Below are positions 1 to 11,008 of a DNA stretch of 64,000 bases, one piece after another. The stretch is from Nemertoderma westbladi (Eukaryota > Animalia > Xenacoelomorpha). The notes under the pieces are model-generated. The model was given only the letters and a program-made list of their open reading frames with translations. It was not told the origin of the DNA and ran no database searches. Numbering within the stretch: position 1 is the first letter of the stretch; each line of letters opens with the position of its first letter. A program made the position numbers and the translations under genes. The stretch is taken from positions 3,578 to 67,577 of the forward strand of contig JAUCBJ010001576.1 of assembly GCA_032718475.1 (NCBI GenBank), read 5' to 3'.

Positions 1-186
1 TGTTGGAGATTCTCGCACTCTAATACACTCAATAGGATGAATCTCCGCTCCCATGATCTATTAATTAATGGAATTTTGGGAATGTTATAAATTGCACAAA
101 ATGACAATTTATGAAATTCATTTAAAATATGAATTTAAATTTATTCCCGTGAATTTTATTATTTGATAGTACAATTGACACAATTT

Positions 187-450
187 GATTCCAGAGCAGG
201 TCTGGGGACATAGGATCCTTAATTCTATGAAAATTGTCTTTTAAGAGTATCTGTAAGTGCTGCGATATCTTAATTGACTAGAAATTTTAAAGGATCTGAA
301 TTTTACAGATTTTAATAAATATTAAATTAATATTTAAGATGGGCACCGATTTATTCCAGAACTTGTCTGGGGACGTTAACCACTGATTCTAGAATTTGTC
401 TTTCAAGTATATCGGTGGGTGCCGCGATATCTTAATCGACTAGAATTACA
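187..450. repeat. Degenerate direct repeat (about 100 bp, period about 165 bp) downstream of the BEL ORF
   Basis: ttccaga..gtctggggac..ttgtcttt..gcgatatcttaat(t/c)gactagaa occurs at about 189-285 and 354-447. Confidence 0.75.
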
Positions 451-986
451 GATGGTCAAAAGGTTTAACAGATTTATTTGCGTTTTACGCTACTGTTATA
501 TGGACATCACGCTACTATATGTATTATTTAATATAAGGTAGAAGAGCAATATCGCACGAAGCAATGTCAGTGTGAAGAGGCAAGTCATTTCCAAGGTCTA
601 CCCAGAGCTTGGTTTAGCCGAGACACGAGGATCTGAACTTTGCATTCCTAATACTCTGCCTACCAATAATACTTAAATATAGTAGTGGCTTTATTGTACT
701 TTAATAAGTACAGACATTTCATCTTACTGTAGTCACGTATTTATAATATGATACGGACAGTAAGGAAAGAGAAAAATTATTTCTCGCCGTCACACTAAAT
801 ATATTATATATATGTAATTACGTAATAAACACTAATATATTGCACTAATCTACCAAATAATCTAAAATAACCTTCTACTAAATAAAATTGAATAAAAACG
901 ATTATAATAAAGTACATAATAAAGTTCGCATATAAAATATAATAAAATAGATAAAACAATATAGTCATACACCCACTCCAGACGTA

Positions 987-3900
987 TCACGTTGGGGAGT
1001 CCCTAGATGTTTGAGGAATTAGGGAGGTGGTCGTGGGAAGAGTGTCTTGCCTTCCATAGTTTCCGGAGAGTTCTCTGTCTCTTTCCAGTAAACATAAACG
1101 ACCAACTGGGCGGTTGAGTTGTTGCGTCTCAAAGATTATGCCTGGCTTCTTGAAGTTACGCCGCATGACGACGAGTTCTACCGAGCGTACTAAACCATCA
1201 TCCGAGATGTGAGTCTCGATGATACGACCTGTCTGCCACCGTTTACGTGGGAGGTCTGGATCTACAATAAGCACCATATCTCCGGTGCTGACGTTTCCTT
1301 GCTGCGCAAACCACTTAGTTCGAAGTTGTAGCATGGGCAGATAATGTTTCTCGAAATGGTCAGCGAAACGATGGGATAGCAACTGCATAAGTTGCCAAGT
1401 TCGACGGCAGTATTCGTCTCCGTCGGCAATCTCCAATCGTGGGAGCATGGCTACAGGTTTCTTCAGTAGGAAGTGCGCGGGTGTTAGCGCTTCCAGGGAA
1501 TCGGGACTCGATGAGACTGGCATAAGCGGTCTCTCGTTGAGATAGGCAGCTATTTCCTCCATTAATGTCCGCAAAAGTTCGTCGGTGAGATACGCGCGGC
1601 ATGGCACTATAAAGTGAAATGCGGTCTTGACACTTCTAATTAATCTCTCCCAACTTCCTCCCCACCAAGGGGCGTCGGCGGCATTGAAGGTCCAGCTAGA
1701 CGCTGTTATCCTTAGCTGATCGTCCACCTGTCTTTGGTTCCAGTCCTTTACGTAAGCCTGTATTTCGTTGTTGGCACCAATGAAGTTCGTTCCCTTATCC
1801 GATCTCATGGTATTACTCGTCCCGAAGCGAGCGATCTGTCGGCGTAAACTTAAGACGAAGCTGTTGGTAGATAGATCATTCACCATATCGAGATGGATGG
1901 CTCTACAAGTCATGCATACGAAGATGACACACCATCTCTTGACTATAGTCCTAGCACGATATACTTCAATAGGGCCAAATAAATCTACACCAGTATTAGT
2001 AAAAGGTGGTTCAAAGAAGCTTACTCGTTCCCTAGGTAATTCTGCCTCTCGCTGTGTTAAAGGCCTACTGAATGCTTTCCTACAGGGTATGCAGTTCCTA
2101 AGAACTTGGTTCAGAGCTCTACGGGGTTTATCAAAATAATAGCGAGTTCGAATTTCGCTAAGAACTCGTTCTCTACCAGCATGATAGAGTTTGCTGTGAA
2201 CATCTACAATCATCTTGATTTGTACTTCAAGATTTCTAATGAGTATGGGGAATTTAGTGTCAAAGGATAATGGCGCATTGGTGAGCCTTCCTCCAACACG
2301 TATTAACCCATCTATCATTGTGCTAGAGAAGCGATCCCGTAAGCGCATCTGCGGATTTCTCAACAACAGGAAATACTTATCGGAATCTTCATAGCATTGC
2401 AGGAGTCTCAGTATCTGCTTATTGGTTTCTTCATGCTCCTGGTAACTAATTTTCTCCTTGAGAAACCGGTCAGATGTCTTATATTTGGGTAAATTTTTAA
2501 TAACATGAACTTGTGCAGATGTCAATGGAGCGGTATCACTAGTGGTCTTCGTCCTGGAGTAGTGATGATGAAAACATCGCCTTAAATATGTGACGGCTTT
2601 ACAGAGCCGATTCCAGGAACTGTAGTGATGCATTGCTCTCTGCAGCAGGGGTGAGATTCCTTGCGAGACGTCTGGTATTCCAGATTTCCAATCTCTATCT
2701 CTAATTTCCACAACAGACTTATTTGTGGCGAGGGATTGTGGATCCGAAGCATCATTCCCGGAAGTATGTAATACAGATAGATCGATCGTTGGTTTAAATA
2801 ACTTCGATTTACTCGCCCGGGTTTTAGGTTTGACTGTCTCCGCTCCCTTGGCTTGTCTAATCTCCGCCGTAGTAAGGTGAGGAGGCCATTCATCCTCTTC
2901 CTTGCTCAGGAAGTCGGGTCCACCCAACCAATCTGGAGTATCTATCAGTTCCTGTGGAGTTGCTCCCCTGGAGGCGATATCGGCTGGATTAATCGTACCA
3001 GGGCAATGTCTCCATTGATCTATCTTTGTGCGACTAAGAATAATAGCTACCCTGTTAGTAACAAAAACGCTGAACTGACAGACTTCATTGGTTAGATACT
3101 CCAACACGAGTAAAGCGTCGGTCCAATAAACCGTTTTCTCCAGTGGATAGTCGATTTGTTCTGTTACGTTCCGGCCGATGGCTGTAGCGTATAAAGCCGC
3201 CTTTAACTCCGCTCGAGGAACCTTTAACTTGTTGTTAATCAATGCCTTAGAGGTAACCAAGGCGACTTTGATTCCATCCGGAGTTTCGACTCGCAGATAT
3301 GCTACTATACCTATTCCCATGTCGCTGGCATCTCCAAACACATGGAGTTGATAGGAATACGTAGGAAGAACATGACCAAAATATGCACGGGAAATTATAA
3401 AGTTCTTGATGGCAGGTAGAGAATCTTCCCATTTCATCCATTTCTTTAACAGTTCTCCCTTAAGCGGATCGTCCCATGAGTGGTTTTCAAGCCACATTTG
3501 TTGTACTAAACTCCGAGCAATCAATATAACTGGGCTAATAAATCCCAATGGGTCGAAATAAGTGCTCAGGATACTTAAACAAATCCGTTTGGTCCGAACT
3601 GGATTATCTCGCTGTTTTAGCTGAAAAAACAGGATGTCTCTTTCAGTGTCCCACTTCAAGCCAAGCGTCTTGGTTTCTGGAAGATCGTCCTTTATTAAGT
3701 CTAGGTCTTTCGTTCCTCGGTCTTCTACCGGTATCGCTTCCAGAAACTCACGGGAGTTGCTAGTGAATTTCGTCAGTCGAAATCCACCTCTTTTCAAACA
3801 CTCTACCGTTCCTTTCGCGACATCAATGGCTTCTTCTACTGATGGAAGGGACCTTAAATTATCGTCCATGTATATATTACGCTTGATGTTGTCTATCACC

Positions 3901-6900
3901 TCTTTTGAGAAGGAGTCTCGGTTGTCATTCGCAGTGGTTCGCACCACGGAGCAGGCGTTGGAAGGACTAGATATGATCCCAAAAGCCTGGATGGTCATCC
4001 AGTACTCTATCGGTTTCTGATTGAGGTCTCCTTCAGGCCACCACAGAAATCTCAGGCTGTCTCTATCTCTATCCAGCGCCTTGACTTGTAAGAACATTCC
4101 TTCTATATCGGAGGCGAACGCGATGGAATATTGTCTTAATCTTAAAAGTATTCCCAACAAAGATTGGAGTAAGTTGGGTCCTGGTAACAACTCGGAATTG
4201 AGGGATTGGCCCATATATAGAGTGGAGCCATCGAATACGACTCGTACTTCGTGGGGTTTACCGGGTTTGGGAACGTAATGATGTGTTAAGTAATACGTTC
4301 TCTCAGTTACTGGTGTTCCTTCCGGTACTCGCTCCGCGTATCCCTTAGTTATAAATTTCTTCAACTGAGTTTGGTACATTTCTTTAGCTGAAGCATTGGC
4401 CGTAAGGCGTCGATGTAATTGAGCGATTCTTTTCTCTGCCAAGGGTCTGTTATTTATAAATCTAGGTTCTCGTTTTCTAAATGGTAGGCCGATTTCATAT
4501 CTACCTTGGTCCTTTAAAAAACGTGTAGTTGTTTCCTGGATTTGCTTGGCTCTTTCTTCTTCTATCGATAGGGCCTTATCGTATGAATTGGGCTCTACCA
4601 GTTCTTGAGTAAAGAATCGTACGGCGAGTTTGTCCCGAGTTCTAGCGTTGTAGCGCTCTATCTCATCATTTAGTTCGTCATTGTAATCAATGGGTCCCGA
4701 TGGGTGAATCAGTTGACATAGGTTCACCTGGTTTTTCCAAGTTTTGTTTTCTGTAAGTAGGTCGATTGTGTTCTCTTCGTCGAAGAGTTGGTAGATGTCG
4801 TCATTATCTGAGGAGTATGGTGTTCCTTCAGTTAGTTCGTCCACCTCACTGCTCTCCACTTCCCTATCGTTTACTTGGTATATTCGTTCTTGTGGCATTC
4901 TCTCTTCGAGAGTTCTGCGGGAAGGGCCAGTAAAGTACCAACCTACTCTAGTTCTTACCGCATAGGTTTGCAGTGGCTGCGGTTGAGCAGGCCGTTTCTC
5001 CAATGTCTCGAGCGCCTCATGCGCGTTTTGGCCGATGAGTATTTGCACTCCAGGATAATCTGTCTGGAATCGAGGTATCTTAAGATGTTGGATGCTCTCA
5101 TCCTCGTCCCAATTATAAAGGTCTGCTTGAGTAGTAGCGAAGTTCTTTATAGCCACCATTTTTACCGACCTTATACCTTGTGCTCCTAATTTATCCTGGG
5201 GGGTGGACAACACACCTACATAGTAATCTGCCGTTAGGGTAGATTTCCAAACCTGCATAATTCCTGACATATTCAATTTAGTCCGGAATTTGGGTTGTCC
5301 AGCAAAGATATCTTCGGCTAGTTCTTGATCGATGAATGTTCCTGTGCTGCCGGAGTCAAGGAGGGCGTTCACTATGTAACTTTTGTTAGGACCGTGAACT
5401 CTTACCTGCACTACAGGAAATTCTCTGATTCCTACATTGGAAGTTGGAGCTTTCCAAGATGGTTGTCTGTCAAAGGTAGTTGGGGGGAACTCATTTTCGG
5501 TGTCCTTTTCATAAGTAAGTGCTCGATACACTGCGGTATTGATTAGATAACAGGATTCGTTGGCGTCGGAGAATTCGTCAGTATAGAATCCTTCCATCTC
5601 AGATTCTTGATCAGTGTCGTTTACATCACTGAATTGGACATGTAGTTCGGGCTCACTTACCTTACTCGGGTTGTTTCGTTCGAACTCACTGTGTAACAAG
5701 ATGTGATGTTTCGCGTCACACTTTGCACACTTTACGTCGGAGTAACAGGTTCGCCGTTGGTGTCCTGGTCTGAGGCAATTATAGCATAACCGCTTATCCC
5801 ACACGACTGCACTTCTGTCTACAAGGGATTTCTTTAGAAATTCAGCACACGCACTCAAACGGTGGGTCCCGTCGCACAGCGCACAGTTAGGTTTTATGTT
5901 ACTCACTTTACCTTGGGTAACCTGATGCACTCTCGTTCTTTCTTCGGGTTTTCTTCCGTGCATTCTGTTAGGAGACTGAGGAGGGGACTTGGCAACCTGT
6001 TCTCTCCTATCGTTGGTTCGAGCCTTGTATTTACTTACGTCTTTTGAGGTTTTGCCAACGTAGTAAGATCGATCAGTGTCTTTCCCGCTGTCCTCTTCTT
6101 GAGAAGCTTGGCTTTCGCCGTCGTCAGTGTAACACACCGGTGTGACTCTTCTCCTAGAAACGGGTTTCTCACTTACCTTATTTTCCGATGTTTTTTCTCT
6201 GGACTGCTTGATGAGTTGTAGTTTTACTTCACCATCTAAGAAGGACATGAGATCAGCCATGGTAGGGCTTCGTCGTTGCTGCTCATTCATATACAACACT
6301 TTCTTGTCCCAGCGTGTACATACTCCACCCTTTGGTAAAGTAGAGACTACTGCTCCAATAACCATGGAACTCTGATATTCATGAGACTTACCTAACCAGT
6401 CCAATTGTCTACAGATCTCCTGAATCTCATCAGAAAACTCTATAATCCCGCTACTAAGGAAGTTTCGGGGGGCTACTAATTTTGCATACAAATACTTAGC
6501 TATGTTATCCTTGTTACCATACCTGATGTTTAATGTATCCCAAACTTGTCTTAATCCTTCTGGATGTCCAATAAACTTTAACGCCATTAACTTGGGAGGT
6601 CCTTCCAAGCACTTGATGAGGAACCTAAGTTTCTCTCCGTTAGATAGTACAGAGTTCTGTATGCTGTCTTTGTAATATTCATTGAAAGGTAACCATTTCA
6701 TCTCATCTCCATTGAATTTGACGATCTCTCCCACTTTGACCGCTTGGCGGGCTTCTGTTCTAGCCCTCTGACGCGTAAAGCTTTCTTGGGCCATCGTGTT
6801 ATTTAATATCGAATTATCGGCATATAAATTTCTCGGATCATTATCAGGTCTATAGGGAATATCATTAACAACAGGTTTATAATCACCCTTAATAGGGTTT

Positions 6901-9122
6901 GCTATAGGAGTTTCTACTTCACTAGCAGTATAGATGCGTGTAGGCTCCACACCTTGCGCATGTAATACTTCAGACCTAACAGGTTGACACAATGTTACAG
7001 GGGGTATTGGTATACCATTTTGTATATTGACTAATTTGTCGCGTTCTAGCGCGATACTTTGCTGCACTTCTTGCAATTCGGCCCTACCTTCCCTTACTGT
7101 TCCCTTAAGTTGGTGGACAGTCTCCTGCATCTGTCCGAGCAGGAGATTCATCCCCCGCCGTCCCTCCTCTACCCACTCGACCGCCGAAGCGGGAGTCGCC
7201 AACATTGTAGCGGGCTGACGCGGGACGACGGGAGACAAATCTTTGATTTCTCTCTCAGCTTCCAGGACAGGGATATTCTCATGGACTGTTCTACCGGGTA
7301 CAGGCAGTGTAGTACTGTGTAAATGGAATTTAGAGTTTGTTTCAGGGAGTACAGGTGTCTCTAGCACCGAAGGGGTGGCTTTGAGAAAAGGCCTAATTAT
7401 TTCAGGCTCATCTGTTATAGTAGGGAGTCTGTTGACGGTAATAATTCGGTCTGTGGGTTCTGTACTACCTACTGTTGTGCTAGCTAATTGTCTTCTAACA
7501 GCTGGGGGCAAATCAGGCAATTTATGACGGTGAGATGTTCTTCTACGTCTACTGAGACGAGATTGATTTCCTCCACCTTCAGGATCGGTGGTATCCCCTT
7601 CCTCCGATGATGTATAGCCTTGGCGTTTGGAAGTAGATCGACTCATCATCTGCATTCGACTGTCTGTTAACTGCCTACCGATGCTGTCTTGCGTCTCCTG
7701 CAGATTTTCTAACTCCAGCTGGGTGGTCTCCTCAGACGCTCTCCGTTCTGCTTCTGCCACTGCCTCCGCCGCCTTTCTTTCCGCCTTTCTGTCTGCTTCG
7801 GCCGCTGCTTCTGCCGCCTTTCTGTCTGCTTCTGCTTTTGCCTCCGCCGCTTTTATTTCCGCTTCGGCCGCTGCTTCTGCCGCCTTTCTTTCCGCCTTTC
7901 TGTCTGCTTCTGCTGTTGCCATTGCCGCTGCTATTGCTGCTGCCTTTTTGTCTTCAATCCGCCTTTTCTTTACTTGTTCTTCTTGAGCTCTAGCTATGCG
8001 GAGACGTTCATCAAATTTAGCTTGGTCCGCAGCTATCATCTCAGTATCGATTGCGTCCAACACAAGCTTGGTTCCTTCACTATTAGGGGAAAGTCCAGAC
8101 AGCCGTCTCCTCAACTCTTCGTCTCCTAGGAATCGCTGATAGTCGGACAGATAAATGTCGATAGCGTCTCTAGTTCGCGGTCTCTCTGCTGTCACTTCGC
8201 TTTCCGCTTGAGAAAGGGTGGCATCGGTTGGTTCTTCATAGGTTGGTCTCTCAGCCAGCTGGGATTTCCACTGGGCAGTTTCTTGTACTTTGAGACTTAC
8301 CCGCTGGAACCAAGTCTTGACAGCAACCTGCAGCGACGTGTCCTGTCTTCTTTTGAAAGTTTCCTCAAAGGCTGACAAGATTAGTCTAATGCGTAGGGTT
8401 CTTTCGCGTACTTGATATAGCAGCTCTTCCTGCTCTCGAGGTCCTTGGGGTTGTCGAAACAATTGTTCTTCCAATCGTTCTAAGGAGCCGAAGAATCCCT
8501 GCACATATCCTGCTGCCGACCTCTTCCAAACAGCTGGATCCATCGTATCTTTAGCCACTCCCATTCTGTGTATATCTTCCCAAGTAGCTTCGGACAAATC
8601 TAACGGGAGTCCGGGTCCGGGAAAGTTCCATTGTGACTCGACAATAGACATCAATTCTTCCCTGGCGTATCCCGCATAACTATCTTGGGTCGCTCGCTTA
8701 CTTCTCGCCCAATCGGCTTGATGTTCCTCCACCGCAATCAATATAGTAGTTAGCACTGCGGCAGGAAGGGTGAGAAGGGGATCCGAGTAGGCTGTAGCCG
8801 CCATCTGCACTCCGCGTTCGGGGGTCAGCTCTGCAGTATCCGAACTACTGGAGCTATCGGATCGCTGGGAACAAGTTTCTTGACTAGGATGTTGCTGCTG
8901 TTGGACAGCTGCTTCCTGGTTCCGTTTGACTTGGGCCCGAGTGCCGATGATAGACCTACGGTGTTGGATCAGCTTAGGGTCTGATACTACTACTGGAGGG
9001 ATGACCTTTCTTTCAGTAGGAGGTGAGCTGAACTCCTTTCTTAATCGCTCCACACTCCTATCCGTGTCACAGATGGTTGTATCGATTAGACTGTCTGACA
9101 GGTTTTGCTGGGTGTCAGACAT
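987..9122 (-). CDS. BEL/Pao LTR-retrotransposon gag-pol polyprotein (single uninterrupted ORF, 2711 aa)
   Basis: Domain order: DUF1759-like gag (KFNGDEMKWLPF), three Cys/His knuckles (CALCDGTHRLSAC, CYNCLRPGHQRRTC, CAKCDAKHHILLH), aspartic protease (ALLDSGS), RT (SDIEGMF...YMDD), Pao RNase H (LHVFGDAS...NPADIASRG), integrase (H..H..C..C; GVDLFGP, SDKGTNF, WERL) and C-terminal DUF5641-like region (LTPAHFL...GDMVLI). This order is typical of BEL/Pao. Confidence 0.95.
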   Translation of the reverse strand: MSDTQQNLSDSLIDTTICDTDRSVERLRKEFSSPPTERKVIPPVVVSDPKLIQHRRSIIGTRAQVKRNQEAAVQQQQHPSQETCSQRSDSSSSSDTAELTPERGVQMAATAYSDPLLTLPAAVLTTILIAVEEHQADWARSKRATQDSYAGYAREELMSIVESQWNFPGPGLPLDLSEATWEDIHRMGVAKDTMDPAVWKRSAAGYVQGFFGSLERLEEQLFRQPQGPREQEELLYQVRERTLRIRLILSAFEETFKRRQDTSLQVAVKTWFQRVSLKVQETAQWKSQLAERPTYEEPTDATLSQAESEVTAERPRTRDAIDIYLSDYQRFLGDEELRRRLSGLSPNSEGTKLVLDAIDTEMIAADQAKFDERLRIARAQEEQVKKRRIEDKKAAAIAAAMATAEADRKAERKAAEAAAEAEIKAAEAKAEADRKAAEAAAEADRKAERKAAEAVAEAERRASEETTQLELENLQETQDSIGRQLTDSRMQMMSRSTSKRQGYTSSEEGDTTDPEGGGNQSRLSRRRRTSHRHKLPDLPPAVRRQLASTTVGSTEPTDRIITVNRLPTITDEPEIIRPFLKATPSVLETPVLPETNSKFHLHSTTLPVPGRTVHENIPVLEAEREIKDLSPVVPRQPATMLATPASAVEWVEEGRRGMNLLLGQMQETVHQLKGTVREGRAELQEVQQSIALERDKLVNIQNGIPIPPVTLCQPVRSEVLHAQGVEPTRIYTASEVETPIANPIKGDYKPVVNDIPYRPDNDPRNLYADNSILNNTMAQESFTRQRARTEARQAVKVGEIVKFNGDEMKWLPFNEYYKDSIQNSVLSNGEKLRFLIKCLEGPPKLMALKFIGHPEGLRQVWDTLNIRYGNKDNIAKYLYAKLVAPRNFLSSGIIEFSDEIQEICRQLDWLGKSHEYQSSMVIGAVVSTLPKGGVCTRWDKKVLYMNEQQRRSPTMADLMSFLDGEVKLQLIKQSREKTSENKVSEKPVSRRRVTPVCYTDDGESQASQEEDSGKDTDRSYYVGKTSKDVSKYKARTNDRREQVAKSPPQSPNRMHGRKPEERTRVHQVTQGKVSNIKPNCALCDGTHRLSACAEFLKKSLVDRSAVVWDKRLCYNCLRPGHQRRTCYSDVKCAKCDAKHHILLHSEFERNNPSKVSEPELHVQFSDVNDTDQESEMEGFYTDEFSDANESCYLINTAVYRALTYEKDTENEFPPTTFDRQPSWKAPTSNVGIREFPVVQVRVHGPNKSYIVNALLDSGSTGTFIDQELAEDIFAGQPKFRTKLNMSGIMQVWKSTLTADYYVGVLSTPQDKLGAQGIRSVKMVAIKNFATTQADLYNWDEDESIQHLKIPRFQTDYPGVQILIGQNAHEALETLEKRPAQPQPLQTYAVRTRVGWYFTGPSRRTLEERMPQERIYQVNDREVESSEVDELTEGTPYSSDNDDIYQLFDEENTIDLLTENKTWKNQVNLCQLIHPSGPIDYNDELNDEIERYNARTRDKLAVRFFTQELVEPNSYDKALSIEEERAKQIQETTTRFLKDQGRYEIGLPFRKREPRFINNRPLAEKRIAQLHRRLTANASAKEMYQTQLKKFITKGYAERVPEGTPVTERTYYLTHHYVPKPGKPHEVRVVFDGSTLYMGQSLNSELLPGPNLLQSLLGILLRLRQYSIAFASDIEGMFLQVKALDRDRDSLRFLWWPEGDLNQKPIEYWMTIQAFGIISSPSNACSVVRTTANDNRDSFSKEVIDNIKRNIYMDDNLRSLPSVEEAIDVAKGTVECLKRGGFRLTKFTSNSREFLEAIPVEDRGTKDLDLIKDDLPETKTLGLKWDTERDILFFQLKQRDNPVRTKRICLSILSTYFDPLGFISPVILIARSLVQQMWLENHSWDDPLKGELLKKWMKWEDSLPAIKNFIISRAYFGHVLPTYSYQLHVFGDASDMGIGIVAYLRVETPDGIKVALVTSKALINNKLKVPRAELKAALYATAIGRNVTEQIDYPLEKTVYWTDALLVLEYLTNEVCQFSVFVTNRVAIILSRTKIDQWRHCPGTINPADIASRGATPQELIDTPDWLGGPDFLSKEEDEWPPHLTTAEIRQAKGAETVKPKTRASKSKLFKPTIDLSVLHTSGNDASDPQSLATNKSVVEIRDRDWKSGIPDVSQGISPLLQRAMHHYSSWNRLCKAVTYLRRCFHHHYSRTKTTSDTAPLTSAQVHVIKNLPKYKTSDRFLKEKISYQEHEETNKQILRLLQCYEDSDKYFLLLRNPQMRLRDRFSSTMIDGLIRVGGRLTNAPLSFDTKFPILIRNLEVQIKMIVDVHSKLYHAGRERVLSEIRTRYYFDKPRRALNQVLRNCIPCRKAFSRPLTQREAELPRERVSFFEPPFTNTGVDLFGPIEVYRARTIVKRWCVIFVCMTCRAIHLDMVNDLSTNSFVLSLRRQIARFGTSNTMRSDKGTNFIGANNEIQAYVKDWNQRQVDDQLRITASSWTFNAADAPWWGGSWERLIRSVKTAFHFIVPCRAYLTDELLRTLMEEIAAYLNERPLMPVSSSPDSLEALTPAHFLLKKPVAMLPRLEIADGDEYCRRTWQLMQLLSHRFADHFEKHYLPMLQLRTKWFAQQGNVSTGDMVLIVDPDLPRKRWQTGRIIETHISDDGLVRSVELVVMRRNFKKPGIIFETQQLNRPVGRLCLLERDRELSGNYGRQDTLPTTTSLIPQTSRDSPT

Positions 9123-9224
9123 GTTTAGCTATACGGTTGAATGCCTACTGCTATAGTTACAGTTAAAGCAAGTCTAGTAATTCAGTATGACCGTTGGCCT
9201 AGTACCGTTAATTTATTACAGTAT

Positions 9225-9480
9225 ATTAGAATACCGGTATACACTTATAATATATATAAGTATTGTAAACTAGTTTTGTCACAGAGTACCGGTATATAAT
9301 TTTAGCACAAATATATATAAATATATAATAGGCCTATCGTGAATACCGGTATGCAGCTTACACTTATAGTATATATAAGTATAATTATGAACTAGAATTA
9401 ATTACAGAATACCGGTATGATTTCAGCCCAAATTTATAGAAATAAATATAATAAGCCTCTGGTAAATACCGGTATGTCAA
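9225..9480. repeat. Degenerate tandem repeat with about 55-65 bp units, each containing TACCGGTAT
   Basis: (g/a)a(a/g)taccggtat recurs five times between 9229 and about 9475, with alternating flanks (cacttata.tatatataagtat). Confidence 0.7.
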
Positions 9481-10881
9481 TTATTTTAGAATAATTGAAT
9501 TTCTGAATATTTTAGGGTTACTTGGTTACTTTAACTTACTTTATTACCGTTATTTAAGCAGTAGTCTAACTGATATTGAGACCTAGTTGTTGTATGGCAG
9601 GCCTACTATTTATAAATCGTTTGAGTTGATTTATAATATTTATATACCCGTTTAAAATGGGTTTTTTGTCAATATTTGAAATAAATGTTATTATTTCTGG
9701 GGGGAGTCACTACACAGAAGCTGTGCGCTCTCAGTGGAGTGCTACTTATTGGACACTAAAACAGATAATTCTAATTTACCTAAGTTACTTAATACTACAA
9801 ATTACTTACGATATGGGTGAGATTAAATCGCTAATTAAACACAACAAAATATTACGTACGAAATTTTTAGGGTAATTTTACAGGAAGTCTACAAACCAGC
9901 CTAACAAAGGGTTAGAATTCTGGTTATTACAACGGACAGGGTACTACGGTATTTGAAAATAATAAGTAGTAGTAAATATATTGCACTGTCCAGATAGGAA
10001 AATACCACCGCCTGACGACCTATAGCCGTATCGCTATAGGTACTACGTTATGTATCACGGAGTGTTCCTACCTGGAAGTTAATTACCGCGGACTACCAGA
10101 TCCAACGTGCCTATTAACCACTTTACAACACAAATATACTGCCTACACACTAATTACCTTCGGAAAGCACTGTACACTAAACCCTAAATTAGGTACAAGT
10201 ACTGGTACAACAAATAATCAGTAGTTAAATATACTTGAACAGTTAAAAGAACCACGGCATCTGCTGGAGTGACTGGAGCACAAAGTCACCAGTCTTTACC
10301 TACGCCAAGCAGCCCGTATAGTACCGGGGTTAATTTAACTATAACGGTATGTGTAACAAGCACAATTACTGTAGGAATAAACTTGGGGACATGAATGTTG
10401 CGAATAATCGCATAAACTCTGAATAATAAATATTACGCTACCCGTACAGAATACTCAAACAAAATACAAACCAAACGCTGGCAGACTACCACCAAGCCTA
10501 AATAAACTACCGTATGTGCAGATTCCGAAATGGTTAGTTAGTATGCGTTCTAACACGGTAGTACGACTTATTCTTTAAGAGGGGATTGACCTTACAGCTA
10601 TGGCTGCCCCAACTTACTAACTGGCACTTTATCAGACAAACTCTACACACGCCGTAATCTCTCCAAACCCAACAACAATCCGACAACAGTCCGGCCTACA
10701 GTTATCTGAACAATCTGAGCAGACTTACACGTCTTCAGCTCAATATTAACTTACTAGGAAACAAAACTGACAGAAATAGACCTAAGTAAAATCCCAATAA
10801 AAACCAGGCGTCCCCGATTTAATATCGAGACCTACCGGTATACAATAATCAAAATCGAATAATACTAATGTACTTATACTG

Positions 10882-11008
10882 GAAGTACCGGTTAGGACAG
10901 TTGGGCCTACGGACCTACAGAAGTACCGGTTCTGGCAGTTGGACCTACGGACCTACAGCAGTACCGGTTCTGGCAGTTGGGCCTACTGACCTACAGAAGT
11001 ACCGGTTC
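10882..11008. repeat. 38-bp tandem repeat, about 3.3 copies
   Basis: gtaccggtt starts at 10885, 10923, 10961 and 10999; unit gtaccggttctggcagttggacctacggacctacagaa. Confidence 0.9.
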
